Below, piece by piece: positions 63,356 through 64,000 of a DNA stretch of 64,000 nucleotides. This DNA is from Octopus bimaculoides (lineage: Eukaryota). Each line of letters opens with the position of its first letter. Position 1 is the first letter of the stretch. Made by a program: the position numbers and the translations under genes. Under the pieces are notes generated by a model. It made no database searches. It saw nothing but the letters and a program-made list of their open reading frames with translations, and was not told the origin of the DNA. The stretch lies in assembly GCF_001194135.2 (NCBI RefSeq), contig NC_068984.1, forward strand, positions 79,858,080 to 79,922,079, read 5' to 3'.

Positions 63356-63661
63356 TTCAAATTTATGTGAATAAATAAGCATTACAATAATCAGAATAAT
63401 CTGAATGTTAATGGGTTAAATAACGTGGACAATTGAGTTTTAACTTTTGAAGGTCATTGATTGCATTAACCAGGAAAAAAGGTGTACATAAATGGGGATT
63501 AATGTTCCAAGATGTTGATTTTTTTGAGCTGATAAAATGAAGGTGTCAAGATAAATTGTGGTAGATTAGGTAAGCGGGCTGAGAAAGATTGATCCCATCT
63601 TTCCACCGATCTCAGAGTTCCTCAAGGGGAATTGGGCACCATTCTGCCCAATCTGACTATT

Positions 63662-63863
63662 CTATTCTTTTATTCTTCTATTTGTTTTAGTCATATGACT
63701 GCGGTCATGCTGGAGCACCACTTGTAGTTGAGCAAATTGACCATAAGACATATTCTTTGTAAGCCAAGTACTTATTCTATCTGTCTCTTTTGCCAAACTG
63801 TTAAGTTATGGGACCATTAACCAATACCAATTGTTAAGCAATGGAGGAGGGAAACACAAACAC

Positions 63864-63865
<2 letters not shown>
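63662..63865 (-). mobile_element. SINE family A tail module
   Basis: ttcttttattcttcta..gtcatatgactgcggtcatgctggagcacc..tacttattctatc..tttgccaaactgttaagttatggg. Confidence 0.8.
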
Positions 63866-63913
<48 letters not shown>

Positions 63914-64000
63914 ATATACATATATATATTATATCTATCTGTTTATTTATGTAACTGTTTGACCGTTTGTCTATCTAGTTATCTCTCTCTTTATCTATCT

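Overview
AT-rich (~35% GC by eye) eukaryotic draft-assembly DNA with 10 N-gaps (~3.1 kb), most of them flanked by (TA)n/(CA)n microsatellites. The repeat landscape (dense microsatellites, tRNA-derived CORE-type SINEs, RTE LINE 3' ends) points to an octopus or other coleoid cephalopod; this is an inference. No host protein-coding gene can be identified with confidence: most ORFs in the track are microsatellite or gap artefacts, and only a few weak exon candidates remain. Well-supported features are a full-length decayed Tc1 DD34E element with long IR/DR ends (34941-36553), a mariner DD34D 3' fragment (28701-29100), a Tc1-type MITE nested in a SINE, a TTAA/piggyBac-type MITE family (5 copies), RTE LINE fragments and dozens of SINE copies. 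The most interesting signal is a set of minimal hammerhead-ribozyme-like motifs at six loci, in about five sequence families. Several have non-canonical cores (CCGAUGA, UUGAAAA, an extra A), palindromic helix III and head-to-head inverted arrangements, consistent with Penelope-like or retrozyme-type relics. Also notable are a possible recursive splice site, a CCAAT+E2F promoter-like motif with a nearby 101-nt GT-AG intron, and a 109-nt hairpin with a perfect 21-bp stem.
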